Assembly (NCBI GenBank): GCA_016932855.1
Contig: JAFGCB010000016.1
Location: 554-64,553, forward strand
DNA length: 64,000 bases
Direction of reading: 5' to 3'
Source of the DNA: Candidatus Omnitrophota bacterium
Lineage (GTDB): Bacteria; Omnitrophota; Gorgyraeia; Duberdicusellales; Duberdicusellaceae
Shown one piece after another: positions 9,041 through 19,492 of the stretch. The notes under the pieces were generated by a model. It was not told where the DNA came from. It made no database searches and saw nothing but the letters and a program-made list of their open reading frames with translations. A program made the position numbers and the translations under genes. Each line of letters starts with the position of its first letter. Position 1 is the first letter of the stretch.

Positions 9041-11938
9041 CTAGAAGAGCTTAAGAAGCGTATGGGGACAAATACGGTTATAGGCGCACCAGTTACAGGA
9101 ACGGTAGGAAGGACTGGGTTTAAAATTTCTATTTCTTATCCCTTTTTCTACCTTGGAAATCTTTTCTTCAACCTTCTCAAAATCTTTGCCGGTTTTTTCT
9201 GCTCTGCCGATAAGCCCTGATTCCAAAAAATGTAGTTCCACCCTTTTAGGAAGCTTCCCGCATGATTTATAAAAGGCAAAGGAATAAAGATCCATCTGAA
9301 GACTTTCCTTAGCCCGTTTATCAGCATCCTCCTGGACCGTAACCGAAGAGGATGATTTAAAATCAATGATAACCCCTAGGCCTTCCTCAAGATCGATTCT
9401 GTCCCAGCGGCCTCTGATCACCGCCTTATTGAAAGTAAAGCGGAACTCCTTCTCTACCTCATGAGGCAACCTGCCGCAGCTCTCTTGACTTTGATAGAAC
9501 CTTTTAAGAGCATCCTTTGCCTCCTTTAGTCTTAAATCTTCATGCTCTCGGCTTATAAAACCTTCACAGCGCCAGGCGGCAAGAAATGCCTCCCAAAGCT
9601 TATCTTCGCTTATAGTCCTTTTTTGTTTTTTCTCCTCGTTGTATTTCTGAACCGCCTTATGTAAGGCGCTTCCGTAAACAATCGAATGATGCTGGATTAT
9701 AGGGACTCTTAGAATATGGACAAACTTGTATTTAAGAGGACAGGTTAAGTAATCGTCTATACGGTAAAAACTTAAAGCCAAAAGCTCACCATCGGCGATG
9801 CCGCCCAGCATGAACTTACTTGCGGCCTCTTTTCCGGCTTGGGCTTCTATGGCTTTTTCTATATCCTCTCTTTTTTCGGGTAAAATCTTCTTAGGTACAT
9901 CCAGAGTTTCGTATACGAACCTGCTTATCTTACGCAGCCTCTTTCCTCCGTAGTCCTGAGAAGAAGTAAGAATTACCTCCTCCTTTGCCCGGGTTAAAGC
10001 CACATAAAAAAGCCTACGCTCCTCTTGTATGTGGTAATCTCCTTGCGGAAGCATGTCCTTGTGAAGCTGCGAAGGAAGCTGCAATACGCTTGACCTTTTA
10101 GGCCAGGGGAATTTACCTTCAACAAGAGCGGCGATAATCACTACTCTAAATTCAAGACCCTTAGCCTTATGAACGGTCAAAACATTCACCGCGTCTACCT
10201 CCAAAGAAGCCTCTTGTATTTCCGGAGACTCTCCCGCCTCCATTACCATATCCAAATACTTAACAAAATATTGAAGTCTATTTTCCCGGGTTAAACCCTC
10301 GTACTCACGGATACTTTCGAAAAACTTGGCAATATTTCTTACTTTCTGCTCATTCTCCAGACTCTCCTGTTCAAGCAGAGTCTTTAAAATACCTTTGTCG
10401 GTAAGCCATATATAAAGAAGGCGACCTGTCGACTCCTGGGTGGAAAGTTCGATATAGTGTTTAAGCTCTTTTACCACCCGGGCTATTTTCTCTCTGGTCT
10501 TATCGTTAATTTTAGGAGCGTTTTCTAAATTATCTAGATTAGTTAAGACGTAGAAAAGGGATTGATTAATCCTTGAGGCGAAATTCGTAAGAGTAATTAA
10601 TTCCAAGGTATCCGGATCATAAAGCTTCTCAATCAGATAATAAAGGCTAAGGGAATCAGCGGGGTTTGCTACAAGCTTCAGGAAAGATAAGCAGAGACGT
10701 ATTTCCTCCTGGCTGTAAAGACCTCTATTGCCCGAAAATCGCCAGGGTATTGCCGCGATATTTAAAGCCCTTAAAAAGGGGTCGCTGTCATTATTTGATC
10801 TTACAAGAATAGCGAAGTCTTTGTATTTATAGCTGTCCCTTGAAACCCTTTCTTTTATAAGTGAAGCTATTCTATCGGCCTCCAAATTGAAATTATCAAA
10901 AAAATAAAATTTAACCGGTATAACCTTCTTTTTTTTATTAGGCTTAAGCCTCTTGTCAATATTGGCCTGTACGGCGAGTCTATCGGGATTATTATGCTGG
11001 ATAAGCTTAAAGGAAGTGTCAAGTATTGCTTTCTGCGAACGGTAATTTATGTTTATGCTTATCTTTTTGGCATCAGGGTAAAACTTCATAAAATTCATGA
11101 TATTACTGAAGGCCGCGCCCCGGAAACGGTAAATAGCCTGGTCATCATCGCAGACAACCATAATATTTTTATGGGCCTGGGCTAAAATAGTAAGCAGCAT
11201 AAGCTGGCAGAAATTGGTGTCCTGAAACTCATCCACTAAAATATATTTAAATTCCTGGTGGTATTTATTAAGAACTGAAGGGCGCTTTCTTAAAAGACAT
11301 AAGGCTAAATATACCTGGCTTGAGAAGTCAAGCTTTGCCTCTTGGATTTGAAGCTCCATGTATTTTTTGTAACACCGGGCTATTTCAATATGCCTCTCTT
11401 TATCTTCCTTTTCGGCGTCAGTATCCCGGGGTAAGCCCTGGGCAAACTCAAGGTATTCTTCAACGCTTATATCTTCGTCCCTGGCCCTGTCAAATATGCT
11501 TAAAAGAGCCTCTATGAATTTCGTGGGGTTTGAGGTAGGCCGGTATTTATTTAAAGGAAATTCGAAAAGGTGCTCCCTGAAAAAAACCACTGCCTGGTGC
11601 CGGGTTAAAATCTGGAAATCCGGGTCTAAGCCTATCTCTAAGGCATTTTCTCTTAAGACCTTGTCTCCGAAAGAATGAAAGGTCGATAACCAGGCATCCA
11701 CAAACCCGTAAGGAACCAGAATATCTACTCTTTCCTGCATCTGGTCAGCGGCCTTATCAGTAAAGGTAAGGGCTAAAATCTGGGAAGGACGGGCCTTCTT
11801 GGCAGTAATAAGATAGGCTATTCTTTTAGTGATTATCTGAGTCTTGCCTGTGCCTGCTCCGGCAATCACCAACAGCGGGCCGTCGGTATGAATAACTGCC
11901 TCTTTCTGCTGAGGATTTAGGTCTTTCAATAAATCCAT
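9041..11938 (-). CDS. UvrD/PcrA-family SF1 helicase fused to a C-terminal Cas4/AddB-like PD-(D/E)XK nuclease with a Cys cluster (Fe-S).
   Basis: Walker A motif AGAGTGKT with UvrD motifs. C-terminal nuclease has C...CNWCAYNRIC. The likely true start is the ATG at 11936-11938 (MDLLKDLNPQQ). The track's TTG at 12085 would overlap the rpmB promoter and gene. Confidence 0.75.
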   Translation of the reverse strand: MDLLKDLNPQQKEAVIHTDGPLLVIAGAGTGKTQIITKRIAYLITAKKARPSQILALTFTDKAADQMQERVDILVPYGFVDAWLSTFHSFGDKVLRENALEIGLDPDFQILTRHQAVVFFREHLFEFPLNKYRPTSNPTKFIEALLSIFDRARDEDISVEEYLEFAQGLPRDTDAEKEDKERHIEIARCYKKYMELQIQEAKLDFSSQVYLALCLLRKRPSVLNKYHQEFKYILVDEFQDTNFCQLMLLTILAQAHKNIMVVCDDDQAIYRFRGAAFSNIMNFMKFYPDAKKISININYRSQKAILDTSFKLIQHNNPDRLAVQANIDKRLKPNKKKKVIPVKFYFFDNFNLEADRIASLIKERVSRDSYKYKDFAILVRSNNDSDPFLRALNIAAIPWRFSGNRGLYSQEEIRLCLSFLKLVANPADSLSLYYLIEKLYDPDTLELITLTNFASRINQSLFYVLTNLDNLENAPKINDKTREKIARVVKELKHYIELSTQESTGRLLYIWLTDKGILKTLLEQESLENEQKVRNIAKFFESIREYEGLTRENRLQYFVKYLDMVMEAGESPEIQEASLEVDAVNVLTVHKAKGLEFRVVIIAALVEGKFPWPKRSSVLQLPSQLHKDMLPQGDYHIQEERRLFYVALTRAKEEVILTSSQDYGGKRLRKISRFVYETLDVPKKILPEKREDIEKAIEAQAGKEAASKFMLGGIADGELLALSFYRIDDYLTCPLKYKFVHILRVPIIQHHSIVYGSALHKAVQKYNEEKKQKRTISEDKLWEAFLAAWRCEGFISREHEDLRLKEAKDALKRFYQSQESCGRLPHEVEKEFRFTFNKAVIRGRWDRIDLEEGLGVIIDFKSSSSVTVQEDADKRAKESLQMDLYSFAFYKSCGKLPKRVELHFLESGLIGRAEKTGKDFEKVEEKISKVEKGIRNRNFKPSPSYRSCNWCAYNRICPHTLLKLF

Positions 11939-11990
11939 AATTATCTCGTAATGCGTAATGGGTAACGCGTTATGCGTGTATATTTTTGGC

Positions 11991-12018
11991 TTGACAAAAT
12001 ATTGATTTGAAGTATACT
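11991..12018 (+). promoter_or_regulatory. Sigma70-type promoter (TTGACA-16nt-TATACT) for rpmB. The ATG lies ~10 nt after the -10 box, giving a near-leaderless mRNA.
   Basis: Consensus hexamers read directly in the sequence. Confidence 0.4.
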
Positions 12019-12028
12019 CTTTAAAATC

Positions 12029-12280
12029 ATGAGTAAAAAATGCTTTTTTTGCGGTAAAAAATCTTCCGGGGGCAATGTTGTTCAAAGAAGAGGTCTAGCT
12101 AAGAAAAAAGGCGGCGTAGGCAAGAAAACTACCTCTATTACCAAACGTAAATTTAAGCCCAACCTTCAAAGAATAAGGGTAGATCTAAAAGGAGTTATCA
12201 AAAAAGTTTTTGCCTGTGCTAAATGCATCAAGAAAAACAAGATTCGCAAGCCCAAGCCGGCAATAAAACCCTCCCTCTGA
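12029..12280 (+). CDS. rpmB: 50S ribosomal protein L28.
   Basis: MSKKCFFCGKK...GN.V......G......RKFKPNLQ...V...G......CAKCIK pattern typical of L28. Confidence 0.7.
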   Translation: MSKKCFFCGKKSSGGNVVQRRGLAKKKGGVGKKTTSITKRKFKPNLQRIRVDLKGVIKKVFACAKCIKKNKIRKPKPAIKPSL

Positions 12281-12297
12281 ATTCCCCACGTTTTCCA

Positions 12298-13974
12298 TCA
12301 AGACATCCTTACATCTTTCAAGCTAAGTACTGCCTGGCTGTCAGGCTGATTTGATCTTATTTTCAGACTATAAACGACATCAAAGCACTGCCCGTACTCT
12401 AAGATCCGGAAAAACTTATTATTAGCTCCTATCCGGGCTGGGTATATAAAATTAGCATCGCCTCCTGCCTGCTCTTGGAACCAAACAAATTTGTCAGTGC
12501 CTTTATCGGTAATATTCTTAACTTTAAGACTCTTGGTAAGAAAAAGCGGCTCGGGGTTCGCTTCCCCGAAAGGGGAAAAAAGCTTAAGAGTCTCTAAAAA
12601 CTGGGGCGTTATCTCGGAAAAATTTATCTGCCTGTCTATTTCCAGGCTGGAAATAAGGTCTTTTTCTTTAAGGACTTTTTTTGCCACTTCATTTATGGCC
12701 TCGCGGAATTTATTTATCTTATCTTTTTCTATCTCTATACCACAGGCTTTCTTATGGCCGCCGTAATCTTTTAGATAATCTCTGCACTCATCCAAGGCCT
12801 GCATCAAATGAAAGTTGTCTATGCTCCTTCCCGAACCTTTTCCCAAATTTTCCTTTAAGGATATAAGAAAGGTGGGCCGAGAAAATCTTTCTTTAATATT
12901 AGAAGCGGCGATTCCTAAAATCCCGGAATGCCAGTCTTCCTCAAACAGGACAATTACGTAATCTTTACGTAAATCGACTTCGCTTTCAATCTTAGCTAAG
13001 GCGGAATTTAGAACCTCTTTGGACTCTTGCCTGCGTTGCTTATTGTTTTTTTCCAATACGATAGCAAGTTCAGAAGCTCTCTGCTCGCAATCGGAAGAAA
13101 GAAGCTCAAAAGCAGGATAAGCGCAGGAAATTCTGCCCGAGGCGTTTAAGCGCGGCCCCAGAATCCAGCCTAAATGAAAGGTATCTATATATTCGCTCTT
13201 TAAGGTAGTTTTCTTTATCAAAGACTCAATTCCCAGACAAGGAGAAGTCCTTAGCTTCTCCAGGCCCAGCTTAACTAAAATCCTGTTCTCATCTAAAAGA
13301 GGCGCTACATCGCAGACTATAGACAGACTTACCAAATCTAAATACTCGTAAGCAAATATCCCCTTCAAAGCCCAGATGAGCTTAAAAGTAAGCGCGCCGG
13401 TAGACACTTCCTTGAAGGGATAGATAGAGTCTTGTCTCTTGGGGTTAACTAAAAGAAAATTCCTCTTCATCTTAAAAGATTCATGGTGGTCCACCACAAC
13501 AACATCCAGGCCCAGAGATTTCGCCTCATTGAGCAATCTGGAATTAGTCCCGCAATCAAGAGCAATAATCAAAGTCGCGCCTTCCTGGATTGCTTTGGCA
13601 AAGGCTTTTTTGTTAAAACCGTATCCGTCATCGATCCGGGAAGGGATAAGCACAAAAAAATCCACCCCTCTTTTAGAAAAATAATCGCTGAGCATAGCCA
13701 GGGAAGTAATCCCGTCAACATCATAGTCACCGAAAAGAAGTATTTTCTCCTTGTTGTCTATGGCTTTTCTTATTCTTAATACCGCTTCTTCCAAATCAGG
13801 AAGAAGCGACGGCTCATGTATAAACTTCCGTTTTGGATAAAGAAACTTTTGCGATTCTTCCTTATCTTTTACGTTTCGGTTAACAAGCAACTGACAGACG
13901 CTTAAAGAAAGTCCGGTTTCTTCAGCCAGCTTTTTAACCTCGCTTGTCTCTTCTGCAACCTTCCAATTCTTCAC
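12298..13974 (-). CDS. recJ: Single-stranded-DNA-specific exonuclease RecJ (DHH/DHHA1).
   Basis: LLFGDYDVDGITS and VVDHHE DHH motifs. GTG start. Confidence 0.9.
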   Translation of the reverse strand: MKNWKVAEETSEVKKLAEETGLSLSVCQLLVNRNVKDKEESQKFLYPKRKFIHEPSLLPDLEEAVLRIRKAIDNKEKILLFGDYDVDGITSLAMLSDYFSKRGVDFFVLIPSRIDDGYGFNKKAFAKAIQEGATLIIALDCGTNSRLLNEAKSLGLDVVVVDHHESFKMKRNFLLVNPKRQDSIYPFKEVSTGALTFKLIWALKGIFAYEYLDLVSLSIVCDVAPLLDENRILVKLGLEKLRTSPCLGIESLIKKTTLKSEYIDTFHLGWILGPRLNASGRISCAYPAFELLSSDCEQRASELAIVLEKNNKQRRQESKEVLNSALAKIESEVDLRKDYVIVLFEEDWHSGILGIAASNIKERFSRPTFLISLKENLGKGSGRSIDNFHLMQALDECRDYLKDYGGHKKACGIEIEKDKINKFREAINEVAKKVLKEKDLISSLEIDRQINFSEITPQFLETLKLFSPFGEANPEPLFLTKSLKVKNITDKGTDKFVWFQEQAGGDANFIYPARIGANNKFFRILEYGQCFDVVYSLKIRSNQPDSQAVLSLKDVRMS

Positions 13975-14028
13975 TTTATCCTCTTGTCCAATTTAGCAAT
14001 TTAACAATATGGCAATATGACAATGGAA

Positions 14029-15663
14029 TTACATCTCCTCCGGCGCGCAAACCCCTAAAAGCTTGAGCCCAAGGCCTAATACTATCTTTACCGACTTTAT
14101 AAGATAAACCCTGGCCCGGGTTAAATCTTTGTCACCTTCAACCAACACCCGGTGAACTTCGTAAAATTTATGAAAAGAAGAAGAAAGACCGCCCAGGTAA
14201 TCTAATATAAAATAAGGCTCTCTCTGCTGAAAGCTAAGTTCCAATATATTCTTAAACTGCAGGCACTGCTTTATCAGGGAAATTTCCTCTTCTTCGCTGA
14301 GCAAGCTTAAACTTTCAAGGTCCGCAGGTCTTTGCGAGCCTGATTCAGGATTATATTTATTTATTATACTGCATATACGGGCATGGGCATACTGGATATA
14401 ATACAAAGGATTGTCAAAAGTCTTCGCTTTAGCTAAATCCACGTCAAACTCCAGGTGCGATGAGTTTTTTCTTGTTAAATAATAGAACCTGGCGGCGTCT
14501 TTACCTACCTCATCTATCAAATCAGAAAGTAAAACCGCTGTGCCTTTTCTTTTTGACATCCTGCCCTTGGTCTTTAAACTCACCAATTGAATAATAATAA
14601 CCTCCAGAAACTCTCTCTTAAAGCCCAGAGCCTCGATTGCCGAGGCTACCCGGCTTATATATCCGTGATGATCCGGACCCCATAAATTTATTATGGCATT
14701 AAACCCCCGCTCAATCTTATCCTTATGATAAGCTATGTCTGAGGCAAAATAGGTAAGTTCGGTATCGGCTTTCCTTACGACTCTGTCTTTATCGTCGCCG
14801 AATTTAGTCGAAGAAAACCACAAAGCCTCTTCTTTGCCGTAGACAAGACCTTTTTTCCTTAAAAATTCAACTGCTTCTTCAACTTTACCTTTATCAATAA
14901 TATCTCTCTGTTGGCTTATCCAAGTATCAAAGTTTACTCCTAAAAGCTCTAAATCTTTTTTAATCCAGTCCAGGCAGCTTTTAAGAGCGAATTCTTTTAT
15001 ATCGAAAGCATCGGATCTTACCCGGTAATCTTTGCTTTCCAGGGCCTGGGAAGCGATCTGTTTTACGTACTCCGCCTGATAGCCGTCCTGAGGAACAGGC
15101 TTATTACACATTAACGCGGAAACAGAATCAGACAATAAATCAGTCTGCTTGCCGGCGTCATTTATGTAATACTCTCTTGTGACCTCAGATCCGAGAAACG
15201 CGAGAAGGTTGCCGATCACGTCTCCGACCACAGCTTGCCTTCCATGAGCGATAGAAAGTGGCCCGGTAGGATTAGCGCTTACAAACTCCAAGATAATCTT
15301 CTGTCCGGATCCTTTACCGCTACGAAAAAAGTCTTCTTCCTGCTTTAATAAATCACCCAGAAGTTTGCGCACCGCAGAATCCTTAAGAAAAAAATTAATA
15401 AACCCCGGCGGCACAACTTCCACCTTGTCTACTCCAGGGTTAGTTTCCAAAAGCATTTCCTCTATGCTTGTCTTTAAGGCATTTGCAATATCCAAGGGGG
15501 TCTTTTCTATAAGGCCGGATAGCTTAAGAGGTAAACTTAAGGCCAGGTCTCCGAATTTCCTGTTCCGGGGAATCTCCAGAAAAAAATCTGCTTTCTCGCC
15601 GGGATAAGAATTTTTAAGTGAGTTTGCTATTATCTCTTCTAATTGCGAATAGAATTCCTGCAT
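14029..15663 (-). CDS. argS: Arginine--tRNA ligase.
   Basis: SANPTGPLSIAHGR (HIGH-type) and RMSKRKG (KMSK) motifs with Arg-tRNA synthetase N-terminal-domain layout. Confidence 0.9.
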   Translation of the reverse strand: MQEFYSQLEEIIANSLKNSYPGEKADFFLEIPRNRKFGDLALSLPLKLSGLIEKTPLDIANALKTSIEEMLLETNPGVDKVEVVPPGFINFFLKDSAVRKLLGDLLKQEEDFFRSGKGSGQKIILEFVSANPTGPLSIAHGRQAVVGDVIGNLLAFLGSEVTREYYINDAGKQTDLLSDSVSALMCNKPVPQDGYQAEYVKQIASQALESKDYRVRSDAFDIKEFALKSCLDWIKKDLELLGVNFDTWISQQRDIIDKGKVEEAVEFLRKKGLVYGKEEALWFSSTKFGDDKDRVVRKADTELTYFASDIAYHKDKIERGFNAIINLWGPDHHGYISRVASAIEALGFKREFLEVIIIQLVSLKTKGRMSKRKGTAVLLSDLIDEVGKDAARFYYLTRKNSSHLEFDVDLAKAKTFDNPLYYIQYAHARICSIINKYNPESGSQRPADLESLSLLSEEEEISLIKQCLQFKNILELSFQQREPYFILDYLGGLSSSFHKFYEVHRVLVEGDKDLTRARVYLIKSVKIVLGLGLKLLGVCAPEEM

Positions 15664-15689
15664 TTTATGACACAGATTATCAGCGATAA

Positions 15690-15795
15690 ACTCGATCCTG
15701 GATGCTCGATCCTAGATCCTTGTTTTTAGGGCATCGCGTATCGGGTGTCGTTGTTTTTCCTACGTTTGCACCCCAAGCCCGATACCCGAATATTT
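15690..15795. repeat. Family A intergenic palindromic repeat (GCGTATCGGGTGTCG ... CCCGATACCCGAATAT), copy A1, preceded by a ctcgatcct direct repeat.
   Basis: The same motifs are seen at 18221-18310 and 30069-30150. Confidence 0.6.
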
Positions 15796-15799
15796 TTGG

Positions 15800-16168
15800 T
15801 CATCTGCGAAAACGGAAGGCTACTTTCTTGGCGTCTTTAAACAATCTTTCAAGTTTATAGAAATCCCTTCTTTCCTCGGAAAATATATGAAAACAAACAT
15901 CTACATAATCGATCAAAGACCAGCCTCCTTCTTCATCCTTTTCCATATGATGAATGGAAAAACCCTCTTCTTTGGATAGCTTAACAAGCTCTTCCAATAT
16001 CGCGCTGGAATGAGGAAGAGAGGTAGAGCTTACAATCACAAAATAATCCCAGATAAAATTAAGCTTCCTTAAATCCAAAACAACAGGCTTAAGAGGATGC
16101 TTACGAGAAGCTGCCTCAAGAAGCCTTTTTGCTTTATCGCGGGAATTTAGAGACCGGCTTTTCTTCAT
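15800..16168 (-). CDS. rsfS: Ribosome silencing factor RsfS (Iojap family).
   Basis: DYFVIVSSTS...GGWSLIDYVDVCFHIFSEERRDFYKLERLF pattern. Confidence 0.8.
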   Translation of the reverse strand: MKKSRSLNSRDKAKRLLEAASRKHPLKPVVLDLRKLNFIWDYFVIVSSTSLPHSSAILEELVKLSKEEGFSIHHMEKDEEGGWSLIDYVDVCFHIFSEERRDFYKLERLFKDAKKVAFRFRR

Positions 16169-16174
16169 CTGCCT

Positions 16175-17446
16175 TCAAGCCAAGCTTCTTAAAGTTCTCT
16201 TAAGGCAAGAAGCGTAACTTTCCTTCCTGTTGGTTACTATGGCTACTTTTAATCTATTGTAAGAGAAAATCTCCCGGCAGACCCTTCGTATATCGTGGGC
16301 GGTAATTTTTAGAGCCTCTCTTTCTATGTCTTGATATGAGAATACCTTATCTAAAGTGCAAACTGATTCTCCGATATAAAGCATGGAATTCAAAGTCGAT
16401 TCTAAAAGCATGGAAAGATTACCCAGAAAATAATCCTTTGCCCTTAAAAGCTCGTCTCTTCCTACGAGCTTTTCTTTAAGCTTATTAAACTCCTTTATTA
16501 TAACCTTAAAAGCGAGCTCCACATTCTTGGAATCCAGGCCGCAGTGAACCACAAAAGCTCCGGTGTCCTTGTATTTCCTAAGCCCGGTCGATACTTCATA
16601 AGCCAAGCCTCTTTTTTCTCTGATTTCCTCAAAAAGCCGCGATGACATGTTTGCTCCTAAAATAATATTCACAAGCTCCAGAATAAATCTCTTTTTATCC
16701 GAATAACTAAAGCCGGGCAGGCCCAAAGACAAATGAGTCTGCTGGAAAGAAGTCACTTCCTGTTTTATTTTAAGACCCGGAAAGAATCTGGCTCTGGGCG
16801 ATTTTCGGGGTCTTAGTCTAGGGTTATCTGCGAATTTGCCGCGGATAATCTTCTCAAAATCCTCAGGCAGGCTCTTGGCACAAACAGCCACAACTATATT
16901 TGAAGGCCTGTAAAATACATTTTTAAATTCCCTTAAACTCTTCTGGGATATGCGCTTAACCGATTCCCTGGTCCCGATAACGTCCATACCTAAAGGATGC
17001 TTACTCCAGATAAGCTCCTCAAGGATGCTTGCCACCCTTGATGACGGCATATCATTATACATTCTAATTTCTTCCAATATCACTCCTCTTTCTCTCTGAA
17101 TATCCTCTTTTTTAAGAAGGGGGCTTGCCACCATATCCGAGAGAACATCGAAAGCGCTCTTGCAGTTCTTATCCAGAATCTTAGCGAAGTAGCAGGTGAC
17201 CTCCTGGGAAGTAAACCCGTTTAACTGACCTCCCCTTCCTTCAATCTGCTGCTTTATCTTCTTATAAGAATAGTTCCTGGTCCCTTTAAAAAGAAGATGC
17301 TCTAAGTAATGGGCAATGCCTTTAAAACTTAAGGGCTCGCAGCGCGCTCCGCGCCTAACCCATATGCCGATGCTTGCGCTTTCAACATTCTTGAACTCTT
17401 TGAATACCAGCTCGAGCCCGGAAGGAAATTTTATCCGTTTAACCAT
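16175..17446 (-). CDS. M16 family zinc metallopeptidase (insulinase/pitrilysin-like).
   Basis: HYLEHLLFKGT inverted zinc-binding motif (HxxEH). ATG at 17444-17446 is preferred over the TTG at 17494. It overlaps the trpA 3' end by 16 nt. Confidence 0.8.
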   Translation of the reverse strand: MVKRIKFPSGLELVFKEFKNVESASIGIWVRRGARCEPLSFKGIAHYLEHLLFKGTRNYSYKKIKQQIEGRGGQLNGFTSQEVTCYFAKILDKNCKSAFDVLSDMVASPLLKKEDIQRERGVILEEIRMYNDMPSSRVASILEELIWSKHPLGMDVIGTRESVKRISQKSLREFKNVFYRPSNIVVAVCAKSLPEDFEKIIRGKFADNPRLRPRKSPRARFFPGLKIKQEVTSFQQTHLSLGLPGFSYSDKKRFILELVNIILGANMSSRLFEEIREKRGLAYEVSTGLRKYKDTGAFVVHCGLDSKNVELAFKVIIKEFNKLKEKLVGRDELLRAKDYFLGNLSMLLESTLNSMLYIGESVCTLDKVFSYQDIEREALKITAHDIRRVCREIFSYNRLKVAIVTNRKESYASCLKRTLRSLA

Positions 17447-18213
17447 AAAGTAAATTTCTCGAAGTCCTTTAGAAAATTCCTGTTTTTGCGGCAAATAAGA
17501 ATCTTCTTGATAAGAACGCTGCCGGCTATCACGCCGTCAAAGTATTTTTTAAACATGCGGGCCTGTTTCTGGCTGGAAATTCCGAATCCTATGCAGACGG
17601 CGGCACGCACCTGTTTCTTTATCTTCTTTATATGTTTAAATATTTTCGAGGGAAGGGTTTTTCGCGGTCCGGTAACGCCTGTCACTGAAATATAATAAAT
17701 AAAACCGGACGACAACCTGTCAATAAGCCTTAAGCGTTCCTTCTGGGTGGTAGGAGAGATAAAGAATATAGTATCGATATTATTCTCGCGGGCTTTGTTT
17801 ACGAAATGCCCCGCCTCTTCAGCTAATAAATCAGCTACGATAACGCCGTCTATAAGCCTGCTGAAACGCTTAAAAAACTTATCAATTCCCATATGATAAA
17901 CAGGATTATAATAGGTCATGAGAATTAAAGGAGCTCTTATTCTGGACTTAAGTTTTTTAAGCGAAGATAAAAGCTTGTAAATATTGGCCCCTTTATCAAG
18001 GGCTATTTTGGAAGAAGTCTGGATTATCGGCCCGTCAGCGATGGGATCAGAGAAAGGGAGACCTATTTCGATAAAGTCAGCTCCGGCTCTATCTAAAGCC
18101 ATAACTATTGACTCGAATGTTTTCATATCCGGAAAACCAAAGGTCATATAGGGGATAAAGGCCTTCTTGCCCTGTTTCTTCAACTCTCTAAATTTTTCTC
18201 TAATTAATCCCAT
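17431..18213 (-). CDS. trpA: Tryptophan synthase alpha chain.
   Basis: N-terminal KKAFIPYMTFGFPD...GADFIEIGLPFSDPIADGPIIQ. Confidence 0.9.
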   Translation of the reverse strand: MGLIREKFRELKKQGKKAFIPYMTFGFPDMKTFESIVMALDRAGADFIEIGLPFSDPIADGPIIQTSSKIALDKGANIYKLLSSLKKLKSRIRAPLILMTYYNPVYHMGIDKFFKRFSRLIDGVIVADLLAEEAGHFVNKARENNIDTIFFISPTTQKERLRLIDRLSSGFIYYISVTGVTGPRKTLPSKIFKHIKKIKKQVRAAVCIGFGISSQKQARMFKKYFDGVIAGSVLIKKILICRKNRNFLKDFEKFTLWLNG

Positions 18214-18220
18214 CTCGCGC

Positions 18221-18310
18221 CCTTACGCTCCATTTCGGGTATCGGGTATCGCGCATCGGGTATCGTTTTATTCCGATACTCTACACCCCATACCCGACAC
18301 CCGAATATCA
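18221..18310. repeat. Family A intergenic repeat copy A2, lying between trpB and trpA inside the trp operon.
   Basis: cgggtatcgggtatcgcgcatcgggtatcg ... ccccatacccgacacccgaatat. Confidence 0.6.
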
Positions 18311-18328
18311 AGGGTTAAAAACCCTTAT

Positions 18329-19492
18329 CTAAATAAATTCATTTACTATTTCCAGATCTTTATCGCCCCTTCCCGACAAACACATGACCACAATGGAATT
18401 CTTCTTGGCGCTTCTGGATAAATTCTTAAGGTATGCCGCCGCGTGAGCTGATTCAAGCGCCGGTATAATCCCTTCTAACTCCGAAAGCATCTTAAATCCC
18501 TGTAGAGCCTCTTTGTCAGATACCCCGACATAGCGGGCTCTCTTTATCTTTTTATAATAGGAGTGTTCGGGCCCGACTCCGGGATAATCAAGGCCGGCGG
18601 CTACAGAATATGCTTCTTCAATCTGGCCGAATTTATCCTGAAGTACATAAGATTTTGAGCCGTGAAGCATACCTACGCTTCCTTTAATAAGACTCGAGGC
18701 ATGATGACCAAGATAACCTTTTCCCTTGGCTTCCACTCCCAGAAACTTCACTTTCCTGTCTTTAAAAAAGGGGTGAAACAAACCTAAAGAATTGCTGCCT
18801 CCTCCCACGCAGGCAACAAGATAGTCAGGCAATCTCTTTTCAGCCTTTAGTATCTGCTTGCGCGCCTCTTTTCCGATTACCGCCTGTAAATCTCTTACTA
18901 TAAGAGGATAAGGATAGGGCCCGACAGTCGAGCCCAGAAGATAGTAAGTATTCTCTACATTGGTTACCCAATCCCGCAAAGCTTCATTGCAGGCGTCCTT
19001 TAAGGTCTGGGAACCGCTGGTAACCTCTAGTACTCGCGTACCCAAAAGCCTCATCCTGAAAACATTCATCCTCTGCCGCTGAATATCTACCTTTCCCATA
19101 TATACGTCACATTTTTTACCGAAAAGAGCGGCAACCGTGGCGGTAGCCACCCCGTGCTGGCCGGCCCCGGTCTCGGCAATAATCCTTTCCTTTTTCATCT
19201 TTACGGCAAGAAGAGCCTGACCTAAGGCATTGTTTATCTTATGGGCGCCGGTATGAAGCAAATCTTCCCGCTTAAGGTATATCCTTAACTTAAATTCTTT
19301 ACTTAAGTTTTTTGCGAAATAAAGAGGAGAGGGCCTTCCTGCGTACCGGCTCAAATAGAACTTAAGTTCATCCTGAAAAGCTTTATTTCTTGAATACTTA
19401 CGGTAAGCCCGATCAAGTTCCCTTAAAGGATACTCCAAAGTCTCGGGAATAAATCTTCCTCCAAAATCACCGAAATATTCTCTCTTAGCCAT
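18329..19492 (-). CDS. trpB: Tryptophan synthase beta chain.
   Basis: [38 protein letters not shown]-site motifs. Confidence 0.95.
   Translation of the reverse strand: MAKREYFGDFGGRFIPETLEYPLRELDRAYRKYSRNKAFQDELKFYLSRYAGRPSPLYFAKNLSKEFKLRIYLKREDLLHTGAHKINNALGQALLAVKMKKERIIAETGAGQHGVATATVAALFGKKCDVYMGKVDIQRQRMNVFRMRLLGTRVLEVTSGSQTLKDACNEALRDWVTNVENTYYLLGSTVGPYPYPLIVRDLQAVIGKEARKQILKAEKRLPDYLVACVGGGSNSLGLFHPFFKDRKVKFLGVEAKGKGYLGHHASSLIKGSVGMLHGSKSYVLQDKFGQIEEAYSVAAGLDYPGVGPEHSYYKKIKRARYVGVSDKEALQGFKMLSELEGIIPALESAHAAAYLKNLSRSAKKNSIVVMCLSGRGDKDLEIVNEFI

Noticed and set aside
12029-12085. TTG-extended start of the helicase/nuclease gene (to 12085) overlapping rpmB
   Set aside because: It requires a TTG start with no RBS and a 57-nt antisense overlap with the rpmB coding region and promoter. 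The internal ATG at 11938 gives a canonical helicase N-terminus.
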